Assembly (NCBI GenBank): GCA_964057225.1
Contig: OZ059896.1
Coordinates: forward strand, 7,378,001 to 7,442,000
Direction: 5' to 3'
DNA: 64,000 nt
Source: Auanema rhodensis
Taxonomy: Eukaryota > Animalia > Nematoda
The notes under the pieces were generated by a model. That model was not told the origin of the DNA. It ran no database searches and saw only the letters and a program-made list of their open reading frames with translations. The position numbers were made by a program, and so were the translations under genes. This document shows, piece after piece, positions 25,501-39,500 of the stretch (its first letter is position 1; each line of letters opens with the position of its first letter).

Positions 25501-27336
25501 CGAAGCGGGAGTAAAGCGTTTACCGAACGGTATCACTGTTCATTTTAGTAAAGCATTCATCGCTATTTTAAAGATTTTACAATTGTCCACTTGGCTTTGG
25601 ATTCTGATGGAAATCTTGTTATGATCAAAATGCATGCTGAGAGGACGCCAATTATTGTACCCGTGGCACATTCTACAAAAGTTTGTTTTTTATTAGATTA
25701 ATATTTTTATTTTTCTTCAAAGGTTCAAAAAGCTTTTGCAAGAATGATCTCAATTATGGATGCAAATGATCACACTTCTGATTGTTTTGTGAATGGAACA
25801 AGTGAGAAGAATGCAAAACAATTCTGGGCATACAGGCGCAAAGTAGATGACATGTTGAAGGTACACTCGCTTAGTTTTCTTGAATAATTTTAAGGATTAT
25901 ATAGAAAACAGTAGCTGGCATTCAAAATTATTTGTTCCAAAGTTTTCTTCCACTCTTGTTGCCATGCCAGTCTTTAACTGCGAAAGGGAGAAAGGTTTGA
26001 GCATTCCAAAAAATAACTAAACAGAATTTTCCAGATAGCCCTGAACTTGTATAATCTTGTATCTTCTTCTTCTACTTTATTCGATATGAATTGGGCTGAG
26101 GTTTGAGTTTTAGTTCATTGATATCTTAAATTGTTTTTATAGGAACTTGTTTCTGTTTCAAGCCAAACATCACGATCACAATGGAGTGTTTTAATAGAAG
26201 CTCTGGGTGAATTGTGCGGACTTCTCCCTACTGATATTAAATCACTGAAAGATGAATATCCAAAGTTTTTATTTAAGCTTTAACTCTCCTTATTATAATA
26301 TTTAGATTACGAAAATCTCTTACTGCTACAGGAGTTTTTAACAAATCCAATCCGTTATACACATTTTTAATCATTCCACCAGTCAGGCACGAGTTTGGAA
26401 ACGGATATAACTTTTGTTTTCAGATTCTTGCGTCATTCCCCTTTGAAGTGATGCCTATTTTTGATAACCGCCCTCATGTTGGTCGTTTAGTATCTATGCA
26501 TGCTTTATTGATGCTATTGAGGAAAACAGCAAAGGTATTTAATTTTTTTTCAATTTGTGCTACTGCATATTTTGAGGTTCCTCAACCTGTAGTTGTGTCA
26601 AATTCATATTATGTTTTGGATCCTGATAACAATTTGGATAGTACACAAGTTCGCCTTTCAGAGTATATTTCTAAGGTTTTGTTTTATTTTTCGATTGGTG
26701 TTAGTATTTTTGTTTTTAAGCATGCTTGGACTGGCATTGTAGGAAAAGCTCCTTCTGTGAAAGAGTTTCAAACCGTCCTAGAAGAAAAAGATATGTTTTT
26801 GTAAGAAGAGCCTCATTTTCACAAACTAATTTGCTATAATTTAGCTACCTTGGACATGGAAGTGGATCGAAGCATTTTAGTCGTCGAACTATTCAAGAAG
26901 CAGCTTGTAAAGCTGTTGCAGTATTGATGGGTTGCGGCAGGTTTTTATTTTCTACCGATGTTCGAATACTTACTTTTTAATTTAGTGTTGCTATGGATTA
27001 TGAAGGATGGGGCTTAGATGGAAAATGTACAGCTTATCACTACACAATTGCGAAGTGCCCTGCTGTACTTGGTTGTTTGTGGATGGTGACAGATGGGGAA
27101 ATTGACCGTTACTTCATGGCTTTAGTAGGCAAAATATAAATACATATGTTTTATGTTTTTTCTTTCAGATTGATCTCGTGTTTTCTACTGATGCTAATAC
27201 AACTGTTGATGAAGGTGCTCCAAGATTACGGGTTCTGTTGGATGGAATGCAAAAAGCTAGACATAGAGTTAAACTTCCATTCTTAACGGGGGCTTCAGTT
27301 GTGTCTTTTGGACTTCCTATTGTGTCTTCTGAATAA
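22556..27336 (+). CDS. sep-1: Separase (peptidase C50)
   Basis: C-terminal catalytic domain YYVLDPDNNL...YLGHGSG (His)...VLMGCGS (Cys)...CPAVLGCLWMVTDGEIDRY...LPFLTGASVVSFGLP. The large N-terminal region is split into >20 exons. Confidence 0.95.
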
Positions 27337-27979
27337 TCATACTTGTCAAATTAGTTTGTGATATTACTATAACTCAGGTACGGATATGTAATTTTCTGCT
27401 TTACTATTTGCTCAATTTTAACTACAGGCCAGTTTAATTATATTTATAGTTTTATTTCAATATTTTTCTGTTTTTTCTTTTTTTTCTAACAAAATTTACG
27501 AATACGTCTGAATTTGTTGTTTACTATTACTTGTATCACGTAACTGTCAGGTTAACAGGTGCCATACAGATTTTTAACATTTTCAATTTGAGTGTTGTTA
27601 GATCATTCATGCTCAAGGTTTAAAGTTGATACCATTCATTTTTATTTCCTTCTTACTCTCCGCCAAATACGGTGTTTTACGGAACATGTGTTCTTTTTCT
27701 ACGTTAAATTTTATTGCTCTTTAAAATTAAAATGGAATATGAGGGCAAGTTAGTGAAATTTGAATACTCTTTGTGGGTATCTAAATATTTTTTGCCGTTC
27801 ATTACCTTAGATTTGGGACAATCACATTTACTTCTTTTTTTTTCTATTTCATGATAGCATATGCTGTAAATTCAAAGTAATTACCGTTCTTCTAATTTGT
27901 TTCAAAAGACCACGAAGTTCATGTCTTTAATCATAAAAACTGAAGAGTATCTTCATCGATACTGTAAAATCAGATTGTG

Positions 27980-28560
27980 CTGGAAGAAGCCGCAATGTGT
28001 AAAGTCGGCTCTTGATACCATCTTAAGGGGTTCTGCTATCTTGAGCTGGCGACAATGCTATTGGTATGGGGGTCAGATTTCTCGGCTTTTTCTAAATTAA
28101 AAAGAATTGCACTGCTTTATTTGATTAAAGACTTGTGAATTTTTCAACATTAAGAGCGATTTTCCTTTGGAACATATCCATGTTGTCAACCCCTGATGAT
28201 TCTGTTCCCTCAATAAATCGAATAGAAGTTTGTTCAATGAAATGGCGAAAAGACCTAGCACTGACACAATGTCTTTGACGACACAGAAGAGAAGCAAAAG
28301 ACGGCGAAGAACAGCATATTTGTCGCCCGTATACTGTGCTGCATCAGGCACCGATAGCAATCTAATAGATGTGAATACGATAAGAGCCAAATAAGGAAAA
28401 TGAAGAAGACGGCTAAGACCAAGACAACGACAACGACGAGTTCAGCAATAGAAATTTAGTGTGTGCTGAATGTGGTGACAGGCCTAATTTCATATGGTGG
28501 AGCTGAGTGAATACTGTCGAAGCTATTGGTTACAAGTATAGAAATTCAGGTAGTCTGCTG
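27980..28560 (-). pseudogene. Possible decayed single-pass membrane protein gene
   Basis: The hydrophobic stretch IAELVVVVVLVLAVFFIFLIWLLS splices over a ~40-nt GT-AG intron into an open Cys-containing tail (TVYGRQICCSSPSFASLLCRQRHC...). A second ~41-nt intron follows. Two in-frame stops lie upstream of the TM segment. Confidence 0.3.
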
Positions 28561-30274
28561 TGAATCAATCATTTTATAAGTAAACGAAGTGAAACGATGC
28601 TTATAATACGAGTAAGAACTACGTGTTAGTAGCTGTTTTTGTTTCCAGCAGTATGAAAACAGGAGTTGCAACTTAACCTGGAGATTCATATAATATTTGA
28701 ATAAGATGCTCTTCTCCTGAAGGAAGGAAATAATCAGAGTGCATAGTTTGCATAGAATTTTTCTTATGGGACCATAGCATCCGTCATACACTGTGTTCAT
28801 TTGAGTGAAGGACAAAAAGTTGGAAAACGACAAAAAAGAGTGATGATTGTCCCGCCAAGAATTGTCCTTCTAACTTAAAAACATTAAATTATAAAATGAA
28901 ATTTGTTGCCGGTTTAAATATTTTTCTCAGTTCTACAAAGTTAAAATGCTGTTATAATGTTTTTTTAAAACTTGAAGATGGTATGTAAGCGATTAGTTAA
29001 TGTTGGGCAAATTTATCATAATTTAATAGACAAGCTGAGCTGTAGTGGAGAATAAAATGCTGAAAGGGTTGAATGAAAAAAAGAGAAATGGCACCGATGT
29101 CGAGCTAGATTAGAAACGCATTTGTCAAGCTCTTGGACAGTTGGAGCAGCAGTTGGGGGGAGAGGGTGAAAAACCATTGAATTTGGTATTGAGATTTCGA
29201 TAAAACAATAAAATAATTGTTCTATAATGACTAAGATTGTTGGAGATTAAACGAGATATATATGAACTAATTACCTCATTCTCATCTCATATACTTCCTA
29301 CTTCTATTATAATCCAATTTTCGAAGTATGTGATTCTTTGATTCAGACACTCATCTTGACACATATCAACGTTCGGCAGCTCACTAGCTGATATGAAAGA
29401 GTCCGCTAGGCTGAAATTTACGAGTTGAGATCAAGACTAAGATAATCATCATAGTTTAGGAAGCTAGTAATAACATATGTTCTCAAAAGACTAAGTTGTT
29501 AAGTAGATTGATATCTACTGAAACTGTAAAACATTTGGATATAACAGAGTTTTTATGGCCAACATATTTTGTTTTTGAAAAAGAACAATATTTTCTTTGT
29601 ATAAATCAATATTTTGTTCACTAAAATAGTTCTCAACCTGTTGTGCAACATTTGTTTTTATTTATTCGAAAAGTTGAATCCATTGCTAACCACGTCATAC
29701 TTACTTAACTCTTTATTATGTTATGTTCATGTACTTCATTATATACATATGAACTTATAAAGAATACCGTATACTTTGGATAAATAGTAGTGTTCCCTAA
29801 CTATTAACTATAAGCTTTCTGTTGAGTCTTTTGCAGGTTGAGCAGCTGTTTTCTAACAGTTCTTCCCACCTTGATTTCAGCTAGATCCCTTCAAATGAAA
29901 AACATAAATAGCTAAGTCGAGTAGATAGACAGCTGATGACGCTGAAGTTTTTTCCTTCCTTAAAGTCTTCATGTGTGTGTGTATTGTTGTTGGGCAGTTT
30001 TTTTTCACTGAAAAATGAAAATGTCAGCCAGCATGCTGGCCTCATTTTTTGTCGTGTAACATACAGTGTTCTCTATAAGGTTATGTCAAATTTTTCATCA
30101 TTTTTTATGTATTAAGCTAATGACGAGAACATAGTGGAGGTACAGTCATCCACTCTCTACGACATTTGACATTATCAATTTGACTAAAAACTGCTTTAAC
30201 CTTTTTGTGAATGAGGTGTAAAAACTAAACTAAAATGTAAGAAAAATTAATTGTCATTAAGGGAAAAAATAGAT

Positions 30275-30510
30275 AGGTAGAGGGTGAAAGATAGAGAGAG
30301 AAAAAGAGAAGAGAGAGAAAGATAGAGAAATATAATGAGGGAAGGAGAGAAAGAGAAAATTAAGAGAGAGAAAGAAGAAGAGAGAGAAAGATAAAAAAAT
30401 ATAAGGAAATATAGAGAAGGAAGGAGAGAGAAAAAAAGGAAGAGAGGAGAAAATAATAAGAGATTGAGATTGAAAAAGAGGAGAAGAGCCAGAAATGTAA
30501 GAGGAAGGAA
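30275..30510. repeat. GA-rich purine low-complexity tract
   Basis: Almost exclusively A/G on the + strand. Confidence 0.7.
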
Positions 30511-31381
30511 GATTATGTCTTTATAATGGATTTTGTTTATAAAATACCGTAATGTATACAATGTACAATCTGATTAGAAACATTGTAGCTATTAAAGCAG
30601 ATATTTTAATATATAAATACAATTATATATTATATATATATATAGTAATGATTAAAATAATTCATATGGTGTATATATTGTGGAAAGACGTTGCATTGGT
30701 TTTAAATATTTAATATGAATCTGTGAATTAAAAACAAATGGATGAAGTTAACCTATAATAACAATACAAATACAACTTTTTTGTTTCTTAAATATAAATT
30801 GATAAATACATTTACAAGCATAATCAAAGCTGCTAAGCCTGGGATCACAATGGGAAGAAAACGAAAAAACAAGTGAAGTACGTATTGGAACATTGATAGA
30901 ATGATTAGTGAATTGAGAGGAAAATAAGAAAGAGAAAAAGAGAAATGACAGTATAAAATGTATTATTGAAGGAATTTGAGTTCAAAAGCAGTTTCAATGA
31001 GTTCTAAAATGAAAGTAAAAGGAAGAGAATGATACATTTATAATTTGTGGCAAGACTTATGTTTAAATTGAAGAAGAAAAGATGAGAAAAAAAGGGTCAT
31101 CATAAGTAAATGAATGACTACTATTGTACATATATCTTTTTTATTTCTTAATATATGATATATAAATTTATAATTTAAAGATATTAAAGATAAAAAATAA
31201 AATCTAATTTTAAAGATAGCAAATTGCATAATATATACATATGTATATATGCATATATACATATATAGTTTAAAGAGACAGAGGTATTTCGAGTATCGAT
31301 ACCAACATAAGGCGACGCGAGGTGGTTTTAAGACCGGTGATTGAAGACGTAACTAGCTAATCAAATTGGATTCTGAATCCT

Positions 31382-34300
31382 CTACTGGGCTGAGCCACCG
31401 AAAATAAAATTGGCTGGATATGGCTGAGCATTGTAGAAAGTCTGGGGAATGATTTTCATATCATACATGGACTTTGTGTCATAGATGCCCATCTTGTTCC
31501 AGCCGGCATCATCCATGCCTGCGCTGGGAACTCCAAGACCATTTACAACTGCACCAGTGGCTTTTTGGAGTTGCTGGCCAGGTTGTGGCTGTTGCTGAGA
31601 TTGCTGCTGCTGAGCTTTCTTAGATTTAGATGACATTTTTCGATTTCTGGATTGGATAGTTTCCTTCTTCATGGCAATTGGTCGTTCAACCTATAATGAA
31701 CATCATAAATAAATGAAAATTTGTTTAAAATATTAAGTTTTATATAATTTTCGAACGGGATGTATATTTATAAGAACAATACTATTGTTCTGATCAAAAC
31801 AAAATGCTATTTTTCTTGAAGGATATTGCTCAATAGAGCCACCGACAGGAAACTTGTTGCGTCAAACGTTTTGAAAAGTCTAATCGTCTTCCGTCAATCT
31901 ACCGACCGTAATTGGCCTGGGAATCAAAAGAATATTTCTGGCGGATTCAACACCATCTGTTGAGGATGATGCCAGAATATTTCGATTTTTCACAATTAAA
32001 TGGATATTAAGATTAGTTATAAAGACTTACATGATGAAGTTTATAATATAATCCACAAGCGTTACATACAGTTTCGCCACCTCCGTTCCTCCTCCAAAGG
32101 GTGGTATGGTCAGTCTTGCAATTGACGCATGCCATTCCCGATCGCTTTTGTGTGCTCTGAAAATAGGAAAATGACTAAGTTTTCCATGTCTCAGTTGGGT
32201 TATTGATTTCATTTTTCATATAAAAAATATTTTTTTGTATCTCTCAAGATGAGTTCAAAAAATAAAATTGCTGAAGAGGTCACAATTGCCTTGTGGAGTA
32301 TCCGAAAAAGCTATTGCAGATAGATGGCCGTTATCGATAGCAATCTTGTCGACATATTCGGTCATCGTTGTCGTATTTGACGTAGAGGCTGACGACGTCG
32401 GCATTCATCTAATTGTGTGATTTATGGCTTTTTCTTCAATGCCTCTTCTTCGAGAAGAGCATATGCAGCAATACGGTAGTAGCAGTAGCTGTGTAAATCC
32501 CTTTTTCAATGTTAGCACATAGGATTGACATATCATCACATATATGATAAAGCATAGTATTGAATTTCTATGTATAAATTAAAGAAAAGTTCAAATTACT
32601 GATTATCATCATTAACCTCATCTGAGGTGTGACTGTCTGTTGGCCTCGAACGAGAGATATGTTATTACATAAGGTGTGATGTATAAGATTAACTGAAGGA
32701 CAAGTAGCCTAAGTTGTTGGTTGCGTCATAGACCTGGTTATATCATCTTTCAGATTCTGATATTAATCAGCTCATCATTCTAGTTAATATCGTATAATAT
32801 GATGAAGCTAAACTAGCTGACATATAAGGTCGTCCTGACCCATTACCCTGATTATGTGGCGTAACAGCTGAGGATTATATTATAATATTGAGCAAGTTGA
32901 AATAGTTTTTTTAAATTTCCAAATAACTGTTGAATATAATAAATTTTCGATTAGTTTGGTTGTCAATTTTGTTAAAACCGTTAGGATACTACTTGTTCTA
33001 AACGATTTGTCTACGCTTGTCTCAATTTCAGAAAACGCCGACGATTGAGAGTGAAAGGTGACAAATGTTGTCACATCGTCTGACTTTTGTATACGAGTGT
33101 ATACGGTATACCAACATCGTATGCGAAGAGAAAGACATAACCGGTTTTAGGCAGTACACGATAGTTATGTTGGAAAGGTCACCAACAATACTTGTGTTTG
33201 ACTACGGTAATTTGAGGAATATTTTTCAAAATCTCGATAAATTACTTATATTTATGTTCTAAATATTTTGAGAATTGAATATAGTTTGTATACTAACCTG
33301 TCTCTTCTTTGGCTTGACCAACGGCCGGCTGGATCCATTCATTTTACTGTAAAGGCCACATGCATTGCAGAGATAATGTCCTGAATTATCACGACGCCAG
33401 AGAGGTGTTTGTTGAACACCACAGTTTACACATTCTCTTCCTTCAGCTAAAAATATGAGATGAAGATGAGGCTGAAAGGGCTACAAAATGCTTACAAGTT
33501 GATCCCTTTCCTCGGGAAGAAGCATTGGCGTTGCTAGGGTTTGTAGATGTACTACTTCCTGATGATGAGGAAGCAGATGAAGTAGAGGAAGATGGTGTGG
33601 TGGTAGTGGAAGCTGTTGGAATACGTGGTAATAAGGATTGGGATTGAATTTGATAATCATATGGATAGTTGAATTGTGGATAGAATTGAGTAGCACTGTT
33701 CTGGCCTGAAAGTATCAGAAGTTAGTCAAAGCAAGCGACAAATTGAAGTATAAGTTAATTGATCAGATAACAGTGAGCGAATTGACGAAGAAAAAGAAAT
33801 TTCAATCTGATAATCATCGAACGAAGTTATCTAATCAGTGTATCAGCTGTTAAACGTACTTGCAAACATAGTGGGATCCATCATGGTGGTCTGGTTAAAG
33901 GTTTGCTGATCAGCTGATGATGTTGGCAAGGTATATGAAGGATATACAGAATTGAAAAGCATTGGATAACCCGTAAAATCTGAAAATAAAAAATATATAA
34001 GTATCCATATATTCATTATGTGTTAATATGTTCCAATAGATTTTGTAAAACAATCGAAAGGGTCATGATGAACAAATGTGATGCTTAGACATGTGCTACT
34101 GGCCTGAGGGCATTCAGAGTCAATGAGCCGTGCCAATATAGATTAGTCCCTCTGGACGTACGATAGATGAGAAGTTAAAGGAAGAGAAATAGAGAGAATG
34201 CAATAGAAAGAGAGAAATGTCATAGAGTGAAGAGGACATAATGTCCAGGAAAGGAAACAAAGTCCACTTCTTCAAATGTTGTTCAAAACATTTAGAAATG

Positions 34301-35093
34301 GCAGAATGAAATTAAAATACACTCAATGAAGGTATGTTGGATATATGTCAGTTTTCGTGAAAATGAATGAATAGTCAAAAAACATACCAGCAGCATAGGT
34401 TGAGTCTTTTCCTGTAGTTGCTCCTGTGGTGGCTGTGGCTCCACTGGGTGTAGCATAGTAGATGTTAGCAGCTGCAGCTCCAGTTGTATTATAAAAAGCA
34501 GAAGCCGGCTTTACTGGTGAGAATACCTGAAGAAGCTTAATATTGAACCATATTTTGTTAATTTTATTTTGTACATTTGATGATTTGAATTTTGGAGGAG
34601 TAACATAAAGGTGAGATCCAAACAATAAATCATTTGTTCGTAAGAGAACATGATTTTAAGAATTTTTTTCTATTTTTTCACGACGGCTTCTACAAATGGA
34701 TAAGCAAATAGCAGTAACAGAACGCTGATGATAAAGATCTTTGAAGAAAATTATTCCTCATGGTCATTTCGTAAATTGTCGGCTTCTCGTTACATTTCAT
34801 GAACATTAGTAAATGACCTTATTCAACCTGTCAATAGAGAAGGCTGAAGTCGAGAAGCAACTGATAGAAAAGGGCATTTAATGTTTTTGAAAAAGCTTAA
34901 ACTGTTAGCCTTTTTGGAAATTTTATATGAAACTTACGTTGTCATCAGCAGTAGCACTAGTAATATCTGTTTGCTCAGGAGGAGCCATCATATCAGCACC
35001 AGAAGCATTAGATGGATCAAGAGCCATCATACCTCCCATAGAGCCATCGAGCGGATACATAGATGGAGTAAACTTGTATTCCAAATCAGTCAT
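31382..35093 (-). CDS. elt-1: Two-zinc-finger GATA transcription factor (GATA1/2/3 class)
   Basis: Finger 1 (~33298-33447) is [49 protein letters not shown]. Finger 2 (~32050-32156) is [42 protein letters not shown]. The basic tail is [18 protein letters not shown]. The first coding exon is [13 protein letters not shown], and there is an upstream TTTCAG acceptor at ~35252. Confidence 0.92.
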
Positions 35094-36479
35094 TTTGAAG
35101 TATTAATAGATTAATAAGGAATATGGAATAATTAAAGTCCGAAAATCTCTCAGAGATGATGAGATCGAGCAGACGATAGATGTGATACACGTAATCAGAT
35201 AATGACTATTTGACTTCGGTACGAGATGTTTTGTGGATTCCAAAAACGGATTCTGAAATGAAATCAAAATGAAATATGAAATACGTTTATATGTAAGAAT
35301 TAAATAAAGATGGAAACGAGGAAATTGTAAAAAGCAGCAATGATAGAATGAAGAAATGGCAAATCAATAGTAGATGAGGTGGGTGGACATGTCGACGACG
35401 ATGACAACATTACAGCATTCTGTATACCATGATCCTGGCTATAGAATATTGAGAATAAAAAATCAAATGATCAGCAAGAAAATGCGCTATGTATTAGTAT
35501 TAAATAAGAATTATAAAATTAAGAAATAAGTATAAGATATGCACAAAACATGAAGCTTTGCAGTTATGTTCTTGCGAAATTTTTCAAAAAAAGTAGAGAT
35601 TGATTGAGTTGGGTGAATTTTATGCAGATTCTCGAACTGTTCTACTAGAAAAGCCAATTATGGCTTGTAGAGACTGAGAAAAGGCTTGCGGAGGGATTAT
35701 GAAGCATGTGTCCGGTTGACCGGACGGAGAGACATTGACTTAGAAAAGACAACGATGTGCCTTCAGTCCATTTTTAGAAGGCCAGAGAACAAAGACAGCA
35801 AAAAGCTAAATCAGAAGATGATGAGTAAATGATGAAAAGAAGGAAGAATGAGTGAAAGGCTAGAAGTAAACCAAGTAGTACCACGGAGCAAGAATAGTTG
35901 AAATAATGAGATAGTATCAACTCATAGACACACAAATGCCGACATGTAGACGGATGATAACATCGAGAAGCGGAAATGAGAAAGAAGTTGTGAAGATGAA
36001 TAAGAAGAGCAGAGATAGAGCAAGAGAAATGTACCGGAGATAACAGACTAGATGGGTGGCCCCAGAATTAAAAAAAAAGATATAGGTGGTAGATAATCAT
36101 CTTATCAGAATGAGAAAGCTGTTCATTGTACGAGGTGAACGCTGGAGGGCATTTTGATTACCGCGTAATGAAATATTGAAAAACGAAAGAGATGAAAAGA
36201 TGAGAAACGCTTGATGACAATCAGATAATCATCAAAGAAAAAAAAGATTTTAACGAATGATATCACATGTTTCATAGATGAATAGTAGTCTAAGAAGCTG
36301 AAGCTATAGTTGCTTCACATCTATTGCTCAGACGAGTATTAGTATGATTCAATCAGAATTACTGAATATTCAATAATTAACCGAAACAACTTAGATGAGA
36401 GTATATAAGACACAGAAGACGTGATTTGAACAGTACGTCATCGCAGTGATGATGATCGTCACACAGTCCAAGCGATTGC

Positions 36480-36580
36480 CTTCTTCGCCTCCGCCCTCTC
36501 CTCTTCCATTGCACGACGGAGGTGGGACGAAGGCGTGGCCAACCAATCCGCGGCCCGACCGTAACCCCGCCCACATGAGG
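36480..36580. promoter_or_regulatory. GC-rich promoter-like island upstream of elt-1 (GC boxes, CCAAT)
   Basis: Local GC spike containing CTCCGCCC, GGCGTGGC, CCAATC and CCCCGCCCA, ~1.3 kb upstream of the elt-1 splice acceptor. Confidence 0.45.
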
Positions 36581-39500
36581 CTAGAGAGGACGTTTCAACG
36601 GAGTCTGGCTGTAAGAAATGAAGCTGGAGAGACAGCAGAAACAAAGAGAATGAAGCTATAAGCTTATCAGGAAAGATGAGGACGGATGAAGTTTACATAG
36701 ACAAATGACTTTGTCAACAAGCTAGTCAGTTAAAATGAGGAATATGGCCAGAGGGGATAGAGAAAGTATATGACGAACGCCGAACTTATATGAAAAAGAT
36801 GTAAAATATTAATTGAAATTAGCATTCAAATTGAAAACAAAATCTAAAACAGTAAATTGATCATTGAACATGTATCTTGCTAACCAAACATTTAAGGAAA
36901 TAAACGAGTTTAAGAATATCGAGAAACGATTGAAGATTCAAGAGCTACAAAGAATACTATTTTCAAATTAATTTTTACTTAAATGCTGAAGTTTTTGAAA
37001 ATAAGGAAAAGCATATAACCCACAAAACCACTAAAACCACTACATCAACATTTTCACACATTACCTCAGATTGAATGATCAGATGGCTTCTCAAGATTGG
37101 CCCTGGAACAGCCGTTCTTAAAGATTGAAATCAGTCTTCTATAAGACCCCCCTACTTCAATTTCTTATTCTGAACAAATAAAGTTTTATACGAACTTATT
37201 CGGGATGCTGTTTTCTGAATATTCTGAAGCGAACACGAAACAATGATAGAGGACAAGAAAAATCTTTGTCTATAGCTAACGAATTGTCCCCACGGGTAAG
37301 AGTAGAGAAAGTGACGATGAACGAATGAGTCGGTCAGTAATTCATCCAGCTCAATAGTTGAAGCTTTTCATTCATTCTCTAACTTCATTTATAAACCCTC
37401 TCAAATTTTCTATTGAAAATCGTATTTTCTCGATTTCTCTCTCACTCACTCATTCGATCCGAGGAAATCCAGCTTTACAGTAGTCTATGAAAACAGAATG
37501 AAAGCATCAAAAAAGAGGAACAAAGAACGAGAGGACGACAGAGATAGCTCATAGAAGTAAAGGGAGAAGCAGCTTTTTCTCAATTAATAGCTACAGGCCA
37601 AGTTGTTTTGGTTATGTAGTAGCTGTTTAGCATTTCGAGCAATGAAACGTTAAAAAGAAGCTTGTCAAGTTGGTTGTAAGTCGCAATAACCAGTAAATAC
37701 TAAATCGACTAATTGGGATAATGATGCAAACGAAATTTAAACTATTCAAGTGTAGCTTTTGAAATGTATTGCTAAATATAGCAAAAAAGCTTAAATTTTC
37801 TTGATTTGAAACAAGATGAGAAGAAGCAAAAAGCTTCTCACCAAGCTCATGGATTGAGCACGCAATCACGACGTGCCCCACGGGGATATCTACCGTAGAC
37901 GAACTGACGAGACAGAAGCTGCTGCTGTCAGTCACCACGATAATGGAGTTTTAATTGGAAAACAGATAATATAGAGGAATAAAAGAAGATGAGAAAAGGG
38001 GATCCACAAAGAGGAAAACGTGGCTAAAATTCAGCAAGGATTCTGCAAGTAAAGACGAATATGGTAGTAGCAGTGAGTAAAGTATGCTGCATGTGCTCGT
38101 CTCTTGTTAGGCTAATAACAGCCAAGAAGCTAGGCTGAACACTGTGCGAGTGAATACTGAAGATGCTCATAGGTCTGTCTTGAGTAACCACTTTAGGTTA
38201 TACCTGGGGGTGATGTCGGCGCGCGTGCTCCATTCTTCGATGACCGTAGGACATACAAGCTATATGCTTATTAAGCCGACACACGTGCCGCTTCAAACCG
38301 CAACAGGAAATGAAACAAAGAAATCGAGTAAAGGATGCCGATATAGGTATAGGTTCTTTTGAAATTTTAATATTTCCGATTGTTTTTTGATGGATGTCAC
38401 AAGATTGAACTTAGGCAAAATGCTTAAAACAAAAAATTACAAAGGATCAACATGCGACATAATAGAAGTAAGATTAACTAAATAAAAATTACAAAAATTG
38501 AATTTATTTTAGAAAATCTGCATATGAATATGGATGAATTCGAAAAACAGCTACAGCTGGCCAACTGTCGGGATGATTGCCCACTGAGAAAGAACGTTTG
38601 TGATCAGACCGGAAGCCAGAAGGGGAGGAGATGTTCCTTCCGTCTGGTAGAATATGATCGGCTCTTATCTGGTTAAAACCCATGAAAGGTCGGATATTCG
38701 GTCTTTAACATCATATGTTTTACAAAGAGATATCATATTAGTATTGTAAGATTGAAAGACATTAGATCTCATCATGTGAGAAAGAGCCAATGATTTCCTG
38801 ATTAGGGTTCAAATGAAATGAATTACATTATTTATTGAATTAAAGTATTATTTAGAATATTATAAAATATTGTAATTATTAGAAGTTTATACTATTTTGA
38901 GAAAAATTATTAAATAATTTTCTATATATTCCATATATTACCGTATACTTTAGCCAAACCTCATCTATAGATTATATATTTTAGATAGATTTATACTTAA
39001 TGTAACTAACTATTTAAAGTATCATAAACGAAGTTATATTCAGCAAAATAATAAATTAATATTCCTAAAAAAAGTGTCAAATAGTTTATAATCAAGATCA
39101 TAAATCCATATGCTAGTTGCCTACAGCGTTGACAATCTGTATGACCTTGCATATCTATCTTAGAGATCCATATGCGTGTGTTCACGTTCATTACATATCC
39201 CTTAAGTTACCAATACACGTGGAGGACATATATGTATGTAACTCATCAGATATTACTCAAAAATAACAAACATGAACATTTATTTGAAAAAAAGAGCTGA
39301 CGAACACAAAAACAGTTTCATAATCAAAGAAAATCAGAACAATCTTGCAAAACCGTGGAAGCAGACGTGGAGTATGCTGAGAAAGACGTACAAAGCAGGA
39401 AACGGGATCCATTTTTGCTAATTTCCTGCGCAGCTTCCTATTCATGGCTACTGCCTGCTTCTGGTCGGCATTCTCTTTTTTTCGTTTTCAGAAGATACAC

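Noticed and set aside
30247-30561. Hydrophobic Leu/Phe/Ser ORF (similar ones at 42961-43272 and 61072-61341)
   Set aside because: Artefact of CT/GA low-complexity tracts.
36377-36661. Four overlapping short ORFs
   Set aside because: Explained by local GC richness of a promoter-like island, with no protein motifs or splice structure.
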